From an uncultured Flavobacteriales bacterium (GTDB taxonomy: Bacteria > Bacteroidota > Bacteroidia > Flavobacteriales_G > Salibacteraceae): a DNA stretch of 64,000 nt. The notes under the pieces were generated by a model. It was not told where the DNA came from. It ran no database searches and saw only the letters and a program-made list of their open reading frames with translations. Below are positions 48,068 to 57,800 of the stretch, piece after piece (the first letter of the stretch is position 1; the number at the start of each line of letters is the position of its first letter). A program made the translations under genes and the position numbers. Location: assembly GCA_913062955.1 (NCBI GenBank), contig CAJXZP010000003.1, forward strand, positions 45,883 to 109,882. Direction: 5' to 3'.

Positions 48068-48484
48068 ATGGGTAAGATAATTGGAATCGACTTTGGGATA
48101 AAACGAACGGGATTGGCCATAACAGATGATTTGAAAATAATTGCAGGTGGGTTGGATACCGTTCTCACAAACCAACTTATGGATACCTTATTACGTATGG
48201 TTAAACAGGACCAGGTAGAGGTTTTTGTTATTGGTCAAGCACGTAGAATGAGCGGTGAACTTTCGGATGTAGAAGTAAACATTGTGGAGTTTATTAAAGT
48301 TCTTCAAAAAAAAATCCCTAGTATTCCAGTGGCTAGACAAGATGAACGTTTTACCTCAAAACTAGCTTTAAATGCCATGATTACTGGCGGGGTTAAGAAA
48401 AGCGATAGAAGAAATAAACAAAAAGGACTTGTAGATAAGGTAAGTGCTACCTTAATTTTGCAGGCTTATTTAGAAAATCAATGA
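48068..48484 (+). CDS. ruvX: YqgF/RuvX family nuclease (pre-16S rRNA processing / resolvase-like)
   Basis: IGIDFGIKRTGLAITD, DERFTSK, VDKVSATLILQAYL. Confidence 0.93.
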   Translation: MGKIIGIDFGIKRTGLAITDDLKIIAGGLDTVLTNQLMDTLLRMVKQDQVEVFVIGQARRMSGELSDVEVNIVEFIKVLQKKIPSIPVARQDERFTSKLALNAMITGGVKKSDRRNKQKGLVDKVSATLILQAYLENQ

Positions 48485-49062
48485 TATTACCAATTATAGG
48501 TTACGGGCATCCGGTTTTACGTCAAGAAACGGAGGAGATTCAAAAGGATTATCCCATCAAGGAATTACTGAAAAACATGTTTGAAACCATGTATAATGCA
48601 AGTGGAGTGGGGTTGGCTGCACCGCAAATTGCATTGGCAATTAGAGTTTTTATTGTGGATGGTTCCCCTTTCTCAGATATGGAGAATATTTCAACCGAGG
48701 AGTCTAAGGAGTTAGAGAAATTCAAGAAGGTTTTTATCAACCCTATTATTGTGGAAGAAAAGGGCAGGGAATGGGCTTTTGAAGAAGGGTGTTTAAGCAT
48801 TCCTGGAGTAAACGCAGATGTGATAAGAAAGGAAATTGTGGTTGTGGAGTATTTTGATGAGAATTGGATACTTAAAGAAGAAACGTTTTCTGGGTTAGCT
48901 GCCCGTATTATTCAACATGAATATGACCATATTGAAGGGGTATTATTTCCAGATTTAGTGTCCCCCCTAAAGAAAAAATTCCTTTCCAAAAAACTGAATA
49001 AAATTCTTGTAGGTGATGTGCCTTCATCCTATAAAATGAAATTTTTAAAACGAACTAGATAA
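48481..49062 (+). CDS. def: Peptide deformylase
   Basis: GVGLAAPQI, EGCLS, QHEYDH. Confidence 0.96.
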   Translation: MILPIIGYGHPVLRQETEEIQKDYPIKELLKNMFETMYNASGVGLAAPQIALAIRVFIVDGSPFSDMENISTEESKELEKFKKVFINPIIVEEKGREWAFEEGCLSIPGVNADVIRKEIVVVEYFDENWILKEETFSGLAARIIQHEYDHIEGVLFPDLVSPLKKKFLSKKLNKILVGDVPSSYKMKFLKRTR

Positions 49063-49655
49063 TGCTAAATATGAATTTAGGCTATACCAAAAAGATGGTG
49101 GTTGTTGCAGTCGTATGTGCTTTTGTTGGGTGTTCAACCCATTCTGAAGATAACGGAATGCAAAAGGAGAAAACAGAAGTTTCTAACGAGACCGTTGGGG
49201 TGCAAACCCCAGAAAGTTTATCTAAAATAATTCAGAGAAAGGAATCTGAACTCGAAAATAAAGGAGGGACTAATAAAATACAATTACGATTAAGTCTAAT
49301 TGATTTTTATTCTTCTTACGTAAAGCTATTTCCAAATGATGATAGGACGCCTGAAATGTTGTTTAAAGCCGGGAATGAATCTATTAATATGGAGGATTAT
49401 CAAGCTGCATTAGGTTTTTATTTTCGGATTGAAAAGAAACATCAAGGGTATTTAAAACGTCCAGAAGCACTTTACTTACAAGGTTTTATTTATGATACCT
49501 ATACCAACGAACTGGGTTTGGCCAAAATGAAATACGAGTCTTTGATTGAAGCTTATCCTTCCCATGCTCTTTCTAGCCAAGCGCAATTAAGTATGGAACA
49601 TATGGGGATGTCTGATGAAGAGATTATTAGACAATTTGAAAAACAAAATCAATAA
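49062..49655 (+). CDS. TPR lipoprotein
   Basis: Lipobox FVGC; TPR-like FPNDDRTPEMLFKAG, EALYLQGFIY, YPSH. Confidence 0.75.
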   Translation: MLNMNLGYTKKMVVVAVVCAFVGCSTHSEDNGMQKEKTEVSNETVGVQTPESLSKIIQRKESELENKGGTNKIQLRLSLIDFYSSYVKLFPNDDRTPEMLFKAGNESINMEDYQAALGFYFRIEKKHQGYLKRPEALYLQGFIYDTYTNELGLAKMKYESLIEAYPSHALSSQAQLSMEHMGMSDEEIIRQFEKQNQ

Positions 49656-49657
49656 AT

Positions 49658-50437
49658 TTAGCTTAGTCTGGAAATCTGCTCACGCAACTTTGTGATGGTT
49701 AGATTGCTTTTGTATTGATTCCGGTGCACACTCATAATTTTCCCCGTTTCTTCTGAAACGAGTATGATGAATACGTTGGATGTTTCACTGAGTCCAATTA
49801 CTGCACGATGTCGTAAACCAAAAGATTTGGGTAGATCGGTTCTTTCCGAATTGGGAAGAATACAGCCTGCAGCAATAATTTGTTCCTTAGAAATTATCAA
49901 TGCACCATCATGTAATGCATTGTTTTTGAAGAAAATGGAGGTAAGTAACTCTGTGCTAATATCTCCATTTATTTGAGTTCCTGTAGCTTCTATTTCTTCC
50001 AATTCGGAATCGTCATTTATGACAATGATAGCTCCGGTTTTTGATTGCGACATTTCCTCAACAGCTCTTAAAATATGAGTAGTTGATGGCGATTCTCCTC
50101 GAGATTCTCTACTGATTTTGAACCAGCCTTTTGCATTTAAATCAAATACCAATCGATTGGAACCAAGACGTATAAGTAACTTCCGTAGTTCGGGTTGGAA
50201 AATAATGACAAAGGCGATGGATCCAATACCAATAAAGGTTCCGATTAAATCCGCTACCAGTTCCATGTGCAAGGCAAGGGTAATCCTCCAAAAAATCAAA
50301 ACACCTATCAATCCAATTAGAATACGCATGGCCACTGTACCTCTGACTAAAGTGTAGAAATAAGATACAAATAGTGCGACCAGGACAATATCCAATACAT
50401 CCAGCCATCGAAGTGTTATAAAAACAAAGGTGTTCAT
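49658..50437 (-). CDS. cdaA: Membrane-anchored diadenylate cyclase (CdaA/DacA)
   Basis: Three N-terminal TMs, IIFQPELR, LHDGA, GLRHRA, VSEETG. Confidence 0.9.
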   Translation of the reverse strand: MNTFVFITLRWLDVLDIVLVALFVSYFYTLVRGTVAMRILIGLIGVLIFWRITLALHMELVADLIGTFIGIGSIAFVIIFQPELRKLLIRLGSNRLVFDLNAKGWFKISRESRGESPSTTHILRAVEEMSQSKTGAIIVINDDSELEEIEATGTQINGDISTELLTSIFFKNNALHDGALIISKEQIIAAGCILPNSERTDLPKSFGLRHRAVIGLSETSNVFIILVSEETGKIMSVHRNQYKSNLTITKLREQISRLS

Positions 50438-50455
50438 CTGGGGCAATATTAGCGA

Positions 50456-51331
50456 TTATTGAATGAACATCGTTCGGTTTGGTGAATTAACCTTTAGCCA
50501 AAGCGACACACATTCTTTCGCTTGTTTTACATCGTGAACCCGTAATATATCCGCACCTCTTTCAAGGGCAAGTGTATTCAGAACGGATGTTCCATTTATG
50601 GCCTCTTGAGGGGAGGAATTTAAATAATGGTATATCATTGACTTTCTAGAAAACCCAACTAAGATTGGATATCCCAGCAATTCGAATGACCGTAAATATT
50701 TCAGAATTTCGTAGTTGTGTTCCATTGTTTTTCCAAACCCAAAACCAGGATCAATGATTATATCCATTAAACCCGTTTGTTTCATTTCCTGAACCTTCGT
50801 TGAGAAATGCAATAAGAGATCTTCGATTACATCTTGGTAATAAGGCGAATTTTGCATCGTTCTTGGTTTTCCTTGCATATGCATCGCTACATACGGAGTT
50901 TTGTGTTTTGCAGCTACCTTCCATATATCTGGATCAAGGTCCCCTCCTGAAATGTCGTTAATGATACACGCCCCATTTTTTACGGCTATTTCAGCCACCC
51001 CTGATCTAAATGTGTCTACCGAAATTTTAAGATCGGGAAATTGATCATGGGTTTCCAATAAAGTAGGGAGTAATCGATCTATTTCTTGTTGCTCAGAAAT
51101 ATCTGGAGCCCCTGGTCTAGAAGAATAGGCACCCATATCAATGATATCCGCTCCGTCTCTGATCATTTTTTTAACATTTAAAATAGTGGTTTCAAGGGAG
51201 TCATTCTTACCTCCATCGTAGAAAGAATCAGGGGTAAGGTTCAAAATACCCATGATTAATGGAGCGTTAATATCTTCTAATTTTCCCTTGAAATTTAACG
51301 ATTTTTTTTTTGTGATTAACTTATCTTGCAT
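50456..51331 (-). CDS. folP: Dihydropteroate synthase
   Basis: MGILNLTPDSF, SSRPG, SVDTF, INDISG, DPGFGFGK, SRKS, LRVHDV. Confidence 0.96.
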   Translation of the reverse strand: MQDKLITKKKSLNFKGKLEDINAPLIMGILNLTPDSFYDGGKNDSLETTILNVKKMIRDGADIIDMGAYSSRPGAPDISEQQEIDRLLPTLLETHDQFPDLKISVDTFRSGVAEIAVKNGACIINDISGGDLDPDIWKVAAKHKTPYVAMHMQGKPRTMQNSPYYQDVIEDLLLHFSTKVQEMKQTGLMDIIIDPGFGFGKTMEHNYEILKYLRSFELLGYPILVGFSRKSMIYHYLNSSPQEAINGTSVLNTLALERGADILRVHDVKQAKECVSLWLKVNSPNRTMFIQ

Positions 51332-51377
51332 GCTTTATTATTACGGATTTACAGCGATTTTTTATACGATATCAAGA

Positions 51378-51926
51378 ATGGAGAAGACCCTCGGACAGTA
51401 CGATTTAATTATATCTAGGTGCAAAGATATTTTTTCTAAAAAAATGAAAGATTACGGAACGGCATGGCGTGTTTTACGTCCTAGTTCTATAACGGATCAA
51501 CTTTATATTAAAGCAAAGAGAATTAGTACCTTAGAGGAAGTGGGCGAATCTAAAGTGGGGGAGGGTGTTGTTCCTGAATATATGGCTATTGTAAATTATT
51601 GTGCAATGGGTTTGGTGCAATTGGAATTAGGCCCGTCTGATACTAATACACTTACCCATCAAGAAGTTTTGGATTTTTATGTGCATCATATCGAAACGGC
51701 AAAAACTTTAATGATTAATAAAAATTCTGATTATGGAGAGGCTTGGCGCGAAATGCGGGTGAGTTCCATTACCGATTTGATTTTGATGAAACTGCATCGT
51801 ACCAAACAAATTGAAGATAATAAAGGAGCTACTTTAATATCGGAAGGCATTGATGCAAATTACCATGATATGCTTAACTACGCTGTGTTCGCCATGATTT
51901 TACTCGATGAACAAAGTCTAAACTAA
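51378..51926 (+). CDS. DUF1599 domain protein
   Basis: Start moved to MEKTLGQY. Two repeats KMKDYGTAWR / KNSDYGEAWR. Confidence 0.88.
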   Translation: MEKTLGQYDLIISRCKDIFSKKMKDYGTAWRVLRPSSITDQLYIKAKRISTLEEVGESKVGEGVVPEYMAIVNYCAMGLVQLELGPSDTNTLTHQEVLDFYVHHIETAKTLMINKNSDYGEAWREMRVSSITDLILMKLHRTKQIEDNKGATLISEGIDANYHDMLNYAVFAMILLDEQSLN

Positions 51927-51931
51927 TACTT

Positions 51932-53293
51932 ATGAAATTAAATAAAGAAAACATTTCACGAATCTTAGTCGGTTCGTTATTTATTATTTCGGGTTTGATT
52001 AAAGCCAACGATCCTCTTGGTTTTTCCTATAAACTGGAAGAGTACTTCGCCTTTGATGTTTTGAATTGGACTATTTTTCAAGGTTCAGAAGTCTTATTGG
52101 CCTCTTTCATTTCTATAGGTGAAATTGTATTAGGTGGAGCGTTAATTGCTGGTGAAAAAAGTAAATTAACGGCCTGGTTATTATTGATCATGATGGTCTT
52201 TTTCACCTTCCTTACCGGATATACAGCTATTGGGAATTGGTTCTTTGAGCATCCAGATCGTGAGTTTACACATGCAATGGAATCTATGTTTGGTTTCGTA
52301 GCCCGAGATATTCATTATTTCAAAGATTGTGGCTGTTTTGGGGATGCTATTCCTTTCACTCCCTGGGATTCCTTCCTTAAGGATTTGATATTATTTGTTT
52401 TTACCATTATTTTATTTAAAGGTAAATCTTCCATTAAAGCAAATTCTAATACACAAGATATAGGGTATTACAGTATTGCCCTTGTTTTAATTTCAGCTTT
52501 TTCTATTGGTATGATGAATTGGATCTTCCCGGTTATCTTTTCAACGGTTTTGTTTGGTGGAATGCTAGTTATTAAAAAATGGCGTGGATCAAATTCTGGG
52601 TGGTTAATGGGGGCGTTTGCCTTTGTATTAACCACCATTTTCCCGATATACACAGTGATGTATTTACCCATTAAGGATTTTAGGCCTTTTGCTATTGGAG
52701 AAAATATTTTGCAAAACATGGAATTGCAAGAAGGAGAAGAGCCCCCATTATATACCGTGGATTATACGATGAAAAGTAAAACTACGGGTGAAGAGTCCGT
52801 GGTCTCTGCCATAGATTATATGGGGAAAGAGGTTTGGAAGGATTCGGATTTGGAAATTGTGGGTACAGGTGATCAATATTTATTTAAGGAAGGAATCGTT
52901 CCATCCATTCATGACTTTGTACTTGAATCGATTGATGAGGAAGATTTAACGTATTCCGTTTTGTCAGAAAACCTTGTTTTTTTATGGATTGGTTATGACT
53001 TAGATGGATCAAATATCGATGCGCAAACTAAAGTGAAAGAGGTGGTAGAGGGGTGTGTTTCTGATGGTATTACCAATTATATGTTATCCGCCACTAGTTT
53101 TGATAATTCGGAGAATTTTAAACAAATACATGGCTTAAGTATGGAAGTGCTAACCTGTGATGCAACCACATTGAAAACAGTAATTCGATCCAACCCTGGT
53201 TTAGTAATTTTAGAACAAGGGGTGGTCATTGCTAAATATCCGTTCCGGAGTGTGAGTGGATATGAACAAATTAAAAATGATTTAAATTTATAA
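51932..53293 (+). CDS. BT_3928-like DoxX/MauE family membrane protein
   Basis: LFIISGLIKANDPLGFSYKLEEYF, CGCFGDA, LPIKDFRPF, RSNPG. Confidence 0.85.
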   Translation: MKLNKENISRILVGSLFIISGLIKANDPLGFSYKLEEYFAFDVLNWTIFQGSEVLLASFISIGEIVLGGALIAGEKSKLTAWLLLIMMVFFTFLTGYTAIGNWFFEHPDREFTHAMESMFGFVARDIHYFKDCGCFGDAIPFTPWDSFLKDLILFVFTIILFKGKSSIKANSNTQDIGYYSIALVLISAFSIGMMNWIFPVIFSTVLFGGMLVIKKWRGSNSGWLMGAFAFVLTTIFPIYTVMYLPIKDFRPFAIGENILQNMELQEGEEPPLYTVDYTMKSKTTGEESVVSAIDYMGKEVWKDSDLEIVGTGDQYLFKEGIVPSIHDFVLESIDEEDLTYSVLSENLVFLWIGYDLDGSNIDAQTKVKEVVEGCVSDGITNYMLSATSFDNSENFKQIHGLSMEVLTCDATTLKTVIRSNPGLVILEQGVVIAKYPFRSVSGYEQIKNDLNL

Positions 53294-53295
53294 GA

Positions 53296-54057
53296 ATGCG
53301 GAATAAAATTGTAGCTGGAAACTGGAAAATGAATACAACCCCGGTGGAAGGAATCGCTTTAGTTTCAGAGGTATTGGAAGCGATTAAAAACATTGATTTG
53401 GAACACAAAAAAGTCGTTTTCGGTGTGCCTGCGGTTAGTATTACTTCGGTAGCTAGTGTCATTGGTGATACTTCTAATGTTTATGTAGCTTCTCAAAATG
53501 TCTCCTCGTATGATTCAGGGGCGTATACCGGAGAGATTAGTGCTGCTATGTTAGTGGCTTCGGGGGCTGCTATGGCTATAATTGGTCATTCTGAACGTAG
53601 AGAATATTTTAATGAAACCAATGAAGTTTTAGCTGTAAAGGTAGATAAGGTACTGGATAAGGGTGTCGTTGCTATTTATTGTTGTGGCGAAGTTTTGGAA
53701 GAACGAAAAAATGGAACCTTCGAGACCGTTATTCAAAATCAAATTGAAGAAGGGTTATTTCATTTATCCGAAGATCAAATGAAAAATGTAGTTATTGCTT
53801 ACGAACCCGTTTGGGCAATTGGTACAGGTGAAACCGCTTCTCCTGAGCAAGCTCAAGCTGTACATGCTTTTATTAGAAGATTGGTAGCCAATAAATACGG
53901 TGCTGAATTAGCAGAAAATACGAGCGTTTTATACGGAGGCTCCATGAAGCCAGGAAATGCCAAAGAACTTATGGGAATGGCTGATATTGATGGTGGCTTA
54001 GTTGGCGGTGCCTCCCTTAAATCATCTGATTTTGTGGAAATCATAAAAGCAATGTAG
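53296..54057 (+). CDS. tpiA: Triosephosphate isomerase
   Basis: AGNWKMN, GHSERR, AYEPVWAIGTG, LYGGS, LVGGASL. Confidence 0.98.
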   Translation: MRNKIVAGNWKMNTTPVEGIALVSEVLEAIKNIDLEHKKVVFGVPAVSITSVASVIGDTSNVYVASQNVSSYDSGAYTGEISAAMLVASGAAMAIIGHSERREYFNETNEVLAVKVDKVLDKGVVAIYCCGEVLEERKNGTFETVIQNQIEEGLFHLSEDQMKNVVIAYEPVWAIGTGETASPEQAQAVHAFIRRLVANKYGAELAENTSVLYGGSMKPGNAKELMGMADIDGGLVGGASLKSSDFVEIIKAM

Positions 54058-54059
54058 GG

Positions 54060-54893
54060 ATGAATTATATAGAAGTTATTTTTACCTTAACACCATTTGA
54101 GCCGTGGTCGGACTTGCTTTCTTCCGAATTAGGAGAATTAGGTTTTGAATCCTTTTTGGAGGAGGATGGAGTTCTAAAAACTTATGTCACCAAAGATCTC
54201 TTTAATGAGGTTAAGGTAAAAGAATGTCATACCCTGAATAATGATTTGGTTCAAGTTTCGTATTCTTATCAGGAATTAGAACAACAAAACTGGAATAAGG
54301 AATGGGAATCAAATTTTAGTCCGGTATACGTAGAGAAGGAAATTTGTGTTCGTGCTACCTTTCATGATCCTGAACCTAGTTTTCCATATGAAATCATTAT
54401 TGACCCCAAGATGTCATTTGGGACTGGTCACCATTCTACCACGCATTTAATGTTAAATTCAATGTGTGAAATTGACTTTAAGGATAAGTCGGTTCTAGAT
54501 ATGGGGTCTGGTACAGGTGTATTGGCCATTTTTGCGGCAATGAAGGGGGCTAAACCAGTTTTTGCCATAGATATAGATGAATGGTGTAGTGTCAATGCCA
54601 TGGAGAACGCTATCGCAAACGGAGTGGAATTTATTCAAATTTCCCAGGGAGATAAAAAGGATATAGAGGGTTTGAAGGTCGATATATTAATAGCAAATAT
54701 TAATCGAAATATTCTAATTCATCAAATGGATGCTTACGCAAAAGCAATAAACCCAGGTGGAGAATTGCATATTAGTGGGTTTTACCTAGAAGATGTGACG
54801 ATGTTGGTTGAAGAAGCAACTAAAAACGGACTAGAGTTTGCCAAAAAGAATTCAATGAATAATTGGACCACCCTAAAATTCAATAAATTATAA
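54060..54893 (+). CDS. prmA: Ribosomal protein L11 methyltransferase
   Basis: IDPKMSFGTGHH.TT, VLDMGSGTG.LA, ANINRN. Confidence 0.95.
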   Translation: MNYIEVIFTLTPFEPWSDLLSSELGELGFESFLEEDGVLKTYVTKDLFNEVKVKECHTLNNDLVQVSYSYQELEQQNWNKEWESNFSPVYVEKEICVRATFHDPEPSFPYEIIIDPKMSFGTGHHSTTHLMLNSMCEIDFKDKSVLDMGSGTGVLAIFAAMKGAKPVFAIDIDEWCSVNAMENAIANGVEFIQISQGDKKDIEGLKVDILIANINRNILIHQMDAYAKAINPGGELHISGFYLEDVTMLVEEATKNGLEFAKKNSMNNWTTLKFNKL

Positions 54894-57800
54894 ATGAAAA
54901 ATCTTTTTCTAGTATTTGGATTAATGTTTCTCTCGTTCATGAGTATGGGACAAAAATCGGAAGGACCCTTCTCCCTTGACGCTGAAAAATTCCCGAAGGA
55001 TATGAAAGCTTTTTTGGAGAAATCAAATAAGTCTCAGAGTGGGGGGATTGGGAAAAAACTAGATAAAGTATGGGTTTCGGGCTTTTATTCGGTCGAAGAT
55101 CAAAAACGAATAATTAAAGAGGCCAATCAATTGGTGAAAATTAGAATGAGTAATTTTCCTGATTTGGCTTATTTTATTGAGATGATCAATGGGTATCCAG
55201 AGTCGGGAATGGATAAAAATCAATTTTATACGTGGTTTGGCATCTTAGAAACGTATTCAGAAAACCCGAAAAAGAAAAAAAAACTATCCAAGTTATTGGC
55301 GTTCTCCAATAGTTTTTTCGATTCTAAATCTTTGTTTAGAACAAAATCAAAGTCGGTAGACTGGCGCGTAGATAACTATAACTTTAAATATGAGGTAGAT
55401 GGAAATTCCGTTATTCTTGATTTTGAAAACGTAAATTTATCGTGTCATACCAAGGGTAATTTTGCCGAAATGCAAAATACCACGGGTGCTTTTGACATTT
55501 TTGAAAATCTTTGGATAGGAGAAGGTGGAAAAGTAACCTTTGAAAGGGCTGCTTCGGACCCCGAAAAAATTTGGGTAGAGGTTGCCAAGTATGCTATTCA
55601 ATTAAAATATTCAAAATATACAGCTGATTCGGTGGTGTATCATAACCCTAAATTTTTAAGTCAACCCCTCCTTGGATCCTTAACCGATAAGGTGTTGGCT
55701 AAGCAACAATCAACTATGGTGAGTTACCCTCGGTTTCAATCCTATAATGTACACATCCCTATTAATAATTTAGTAAAGGATGTCGATTATTTGGGTGGTT
55801 TTGCGCAACAAGGGGCCAAAATCATTGGTACTGGAACCCTAAAAGAACCTGCGATATTATCATTTTCAAGAGAAGGGAAACCTTTTATGAAAGTAACGGC
55901 TCAGCGTTTTTTAATGAAAATAAATGCATCCGTTCCTGATAGCCTGCCAATTGAATCTGATAACACAAAGACTAAAAGTGTTCGGAACAGTATCGTTTCT
56001 TCCAATGCTCGTATGGTTATGTATATGGATGGAGATTCAATTTTACATCCGGGCCTGAAGTTTAACTTTTTTACAGACGAAAGGTTAGTTAATCTTGTTA
56101 GGGTGCGAGGAGAAATGTCTGAAACTCCCTATTTTAACACCTTTCATAATATTGAAATGCGTTTTGAAGTTTTGAACTGGTTTATGGATAATCCTATAAT
56201 TGATTTCACTGCGATCGAAATGAATACCGAAAGATCGGCATCCTTTGAATCCCAAAGCTTTTTTAAGAAAAGGAATTATGAAAATTTACAAGGGAATAGT
56301 AGTTGGAACCCTTTAGGGAGAATGAAAAGGTGTGCCATCAAATACGATACCAATGTATTGTCCCTCCGTGAGATGTCTGGGTGTATGCAAATCCCTGCTA
56401 CGGGTGTTGAACCGATGCTTTTAAGATATATGGTAATGGGATATTTGTCTTATGATTCGGATATTAAAGAAGTGACTCTGTACCCTAAACTGTTTCATTC
56501 CGTGAACTCCTTTTCGGGTAAGGAAGATTATGATGTTATTAAAGTGCATTCCGATGGGCGGAAGTCAAAGAATCGAAAAAATGCAACTTTAAATTTAATG
56601 AACTATGATTTAACCATTTATGGGGTGAATAGTGTCACTTTAAGTACAAATCATAATGTAAAGGTCCTTCCTGAAAAAGGGATTATTGTAATGAAGAAAA
56701 ACCGAGATTTTGACTTTAATGGAATTATTGCTTCTGGAAAAGTGGATTTTTATGGTCGAGATTTTTCATTCAATTATGACAATTTCGTATTAGAAATGCC
56801 CGTGTTAGATTCCATGCAGATTTGGGCAACTACAGACGAGGTGGATAAAGGGGGGTACCAAATGGAAGCTCGGGTTAGAACCCTTGTAGAAGGTTTAACG
56901 GGTGACTTGAAAATTGATCACCCAGAAAATAAATCTGGAAAGAAAGATTTACCAGAGTACCCTATTTTTAGATCCGAACAGGAGTCTTATGCCTACTATG
57001 ATAAGAAAACGGTATTTAATAAGATCTATAATCGGGATGAATTTTATTTCAAGTTGGATCCTTTTGAAATTGATTCATTAGACAAATTTACGAATGAGGG
57101 TATTGCTTTTGAGGGTGTTTTTACCTCTGCCGGAATTTTACCCGACATTCGTGAGTCTTTAACGCTTCAAGAGGATTTTTCGTTAGGCTTTAAAAGAATT
57201 GCACCCCCTGGAGGATATCCTCTTTATGGGGATAAAGGAAGTTTTGAAAATGAAATTCATTTGTCGGATGAAGGACTGAAAGGGAATGGATACCTTTATT
57301 ATTTGACGTCTACCGCTGCCTCAGATGACTTCTATTTCTTTCCTAAAGAAGTGAGGGGTATAACCAAAATGGTTGAAATTGAAGAGCAAATGGCTGCCGT
57401 AGAATACCCAAATGTATCGGCAGATACCACCGAGTTACGTTGGGTCCCTTACATTGATGAGTACTTTTTAAGTTCCATAAATGGAAAGGAACCTATTCAT
57501 ATGTTTGGAGGTATTGTAGAACATAAAGGGCGAATAAAATATACGCCTAATGATATGACAGGTAGAGGGATTAGTGCGTTTGAAGGAGCTCGGTTGTATT
57601 CCGATTCTATGATATATTCATTTTATAAAATTCACGCAGATACGGCTAATTTCGACTTGGGAAGAAAAGGATTAGAAACCTTGGATTTTTCCTCCGAAAA
57701 TGTGCAGGCTGATATTGATTTCAAAGAACGGAAAGGGGAGTTTGTTTCTAATACAGGGGCCAGTTTAACAACATTTGAGCAGGTAATGTATCAAGCGTAT

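Noticed and set aside
27697-51926. Longest-ORF starts in the track for clpC (30438), DUF4301 (38747), radical SAM (41830), S8 protease (43165), lipoprotein (47346) and DUF1599 (51252)
   Set aside because: The extensions overlap neighbouring genes or promoters and precede the family-typical or signal-peptide N-terminus; downstream ATGs were used instead.
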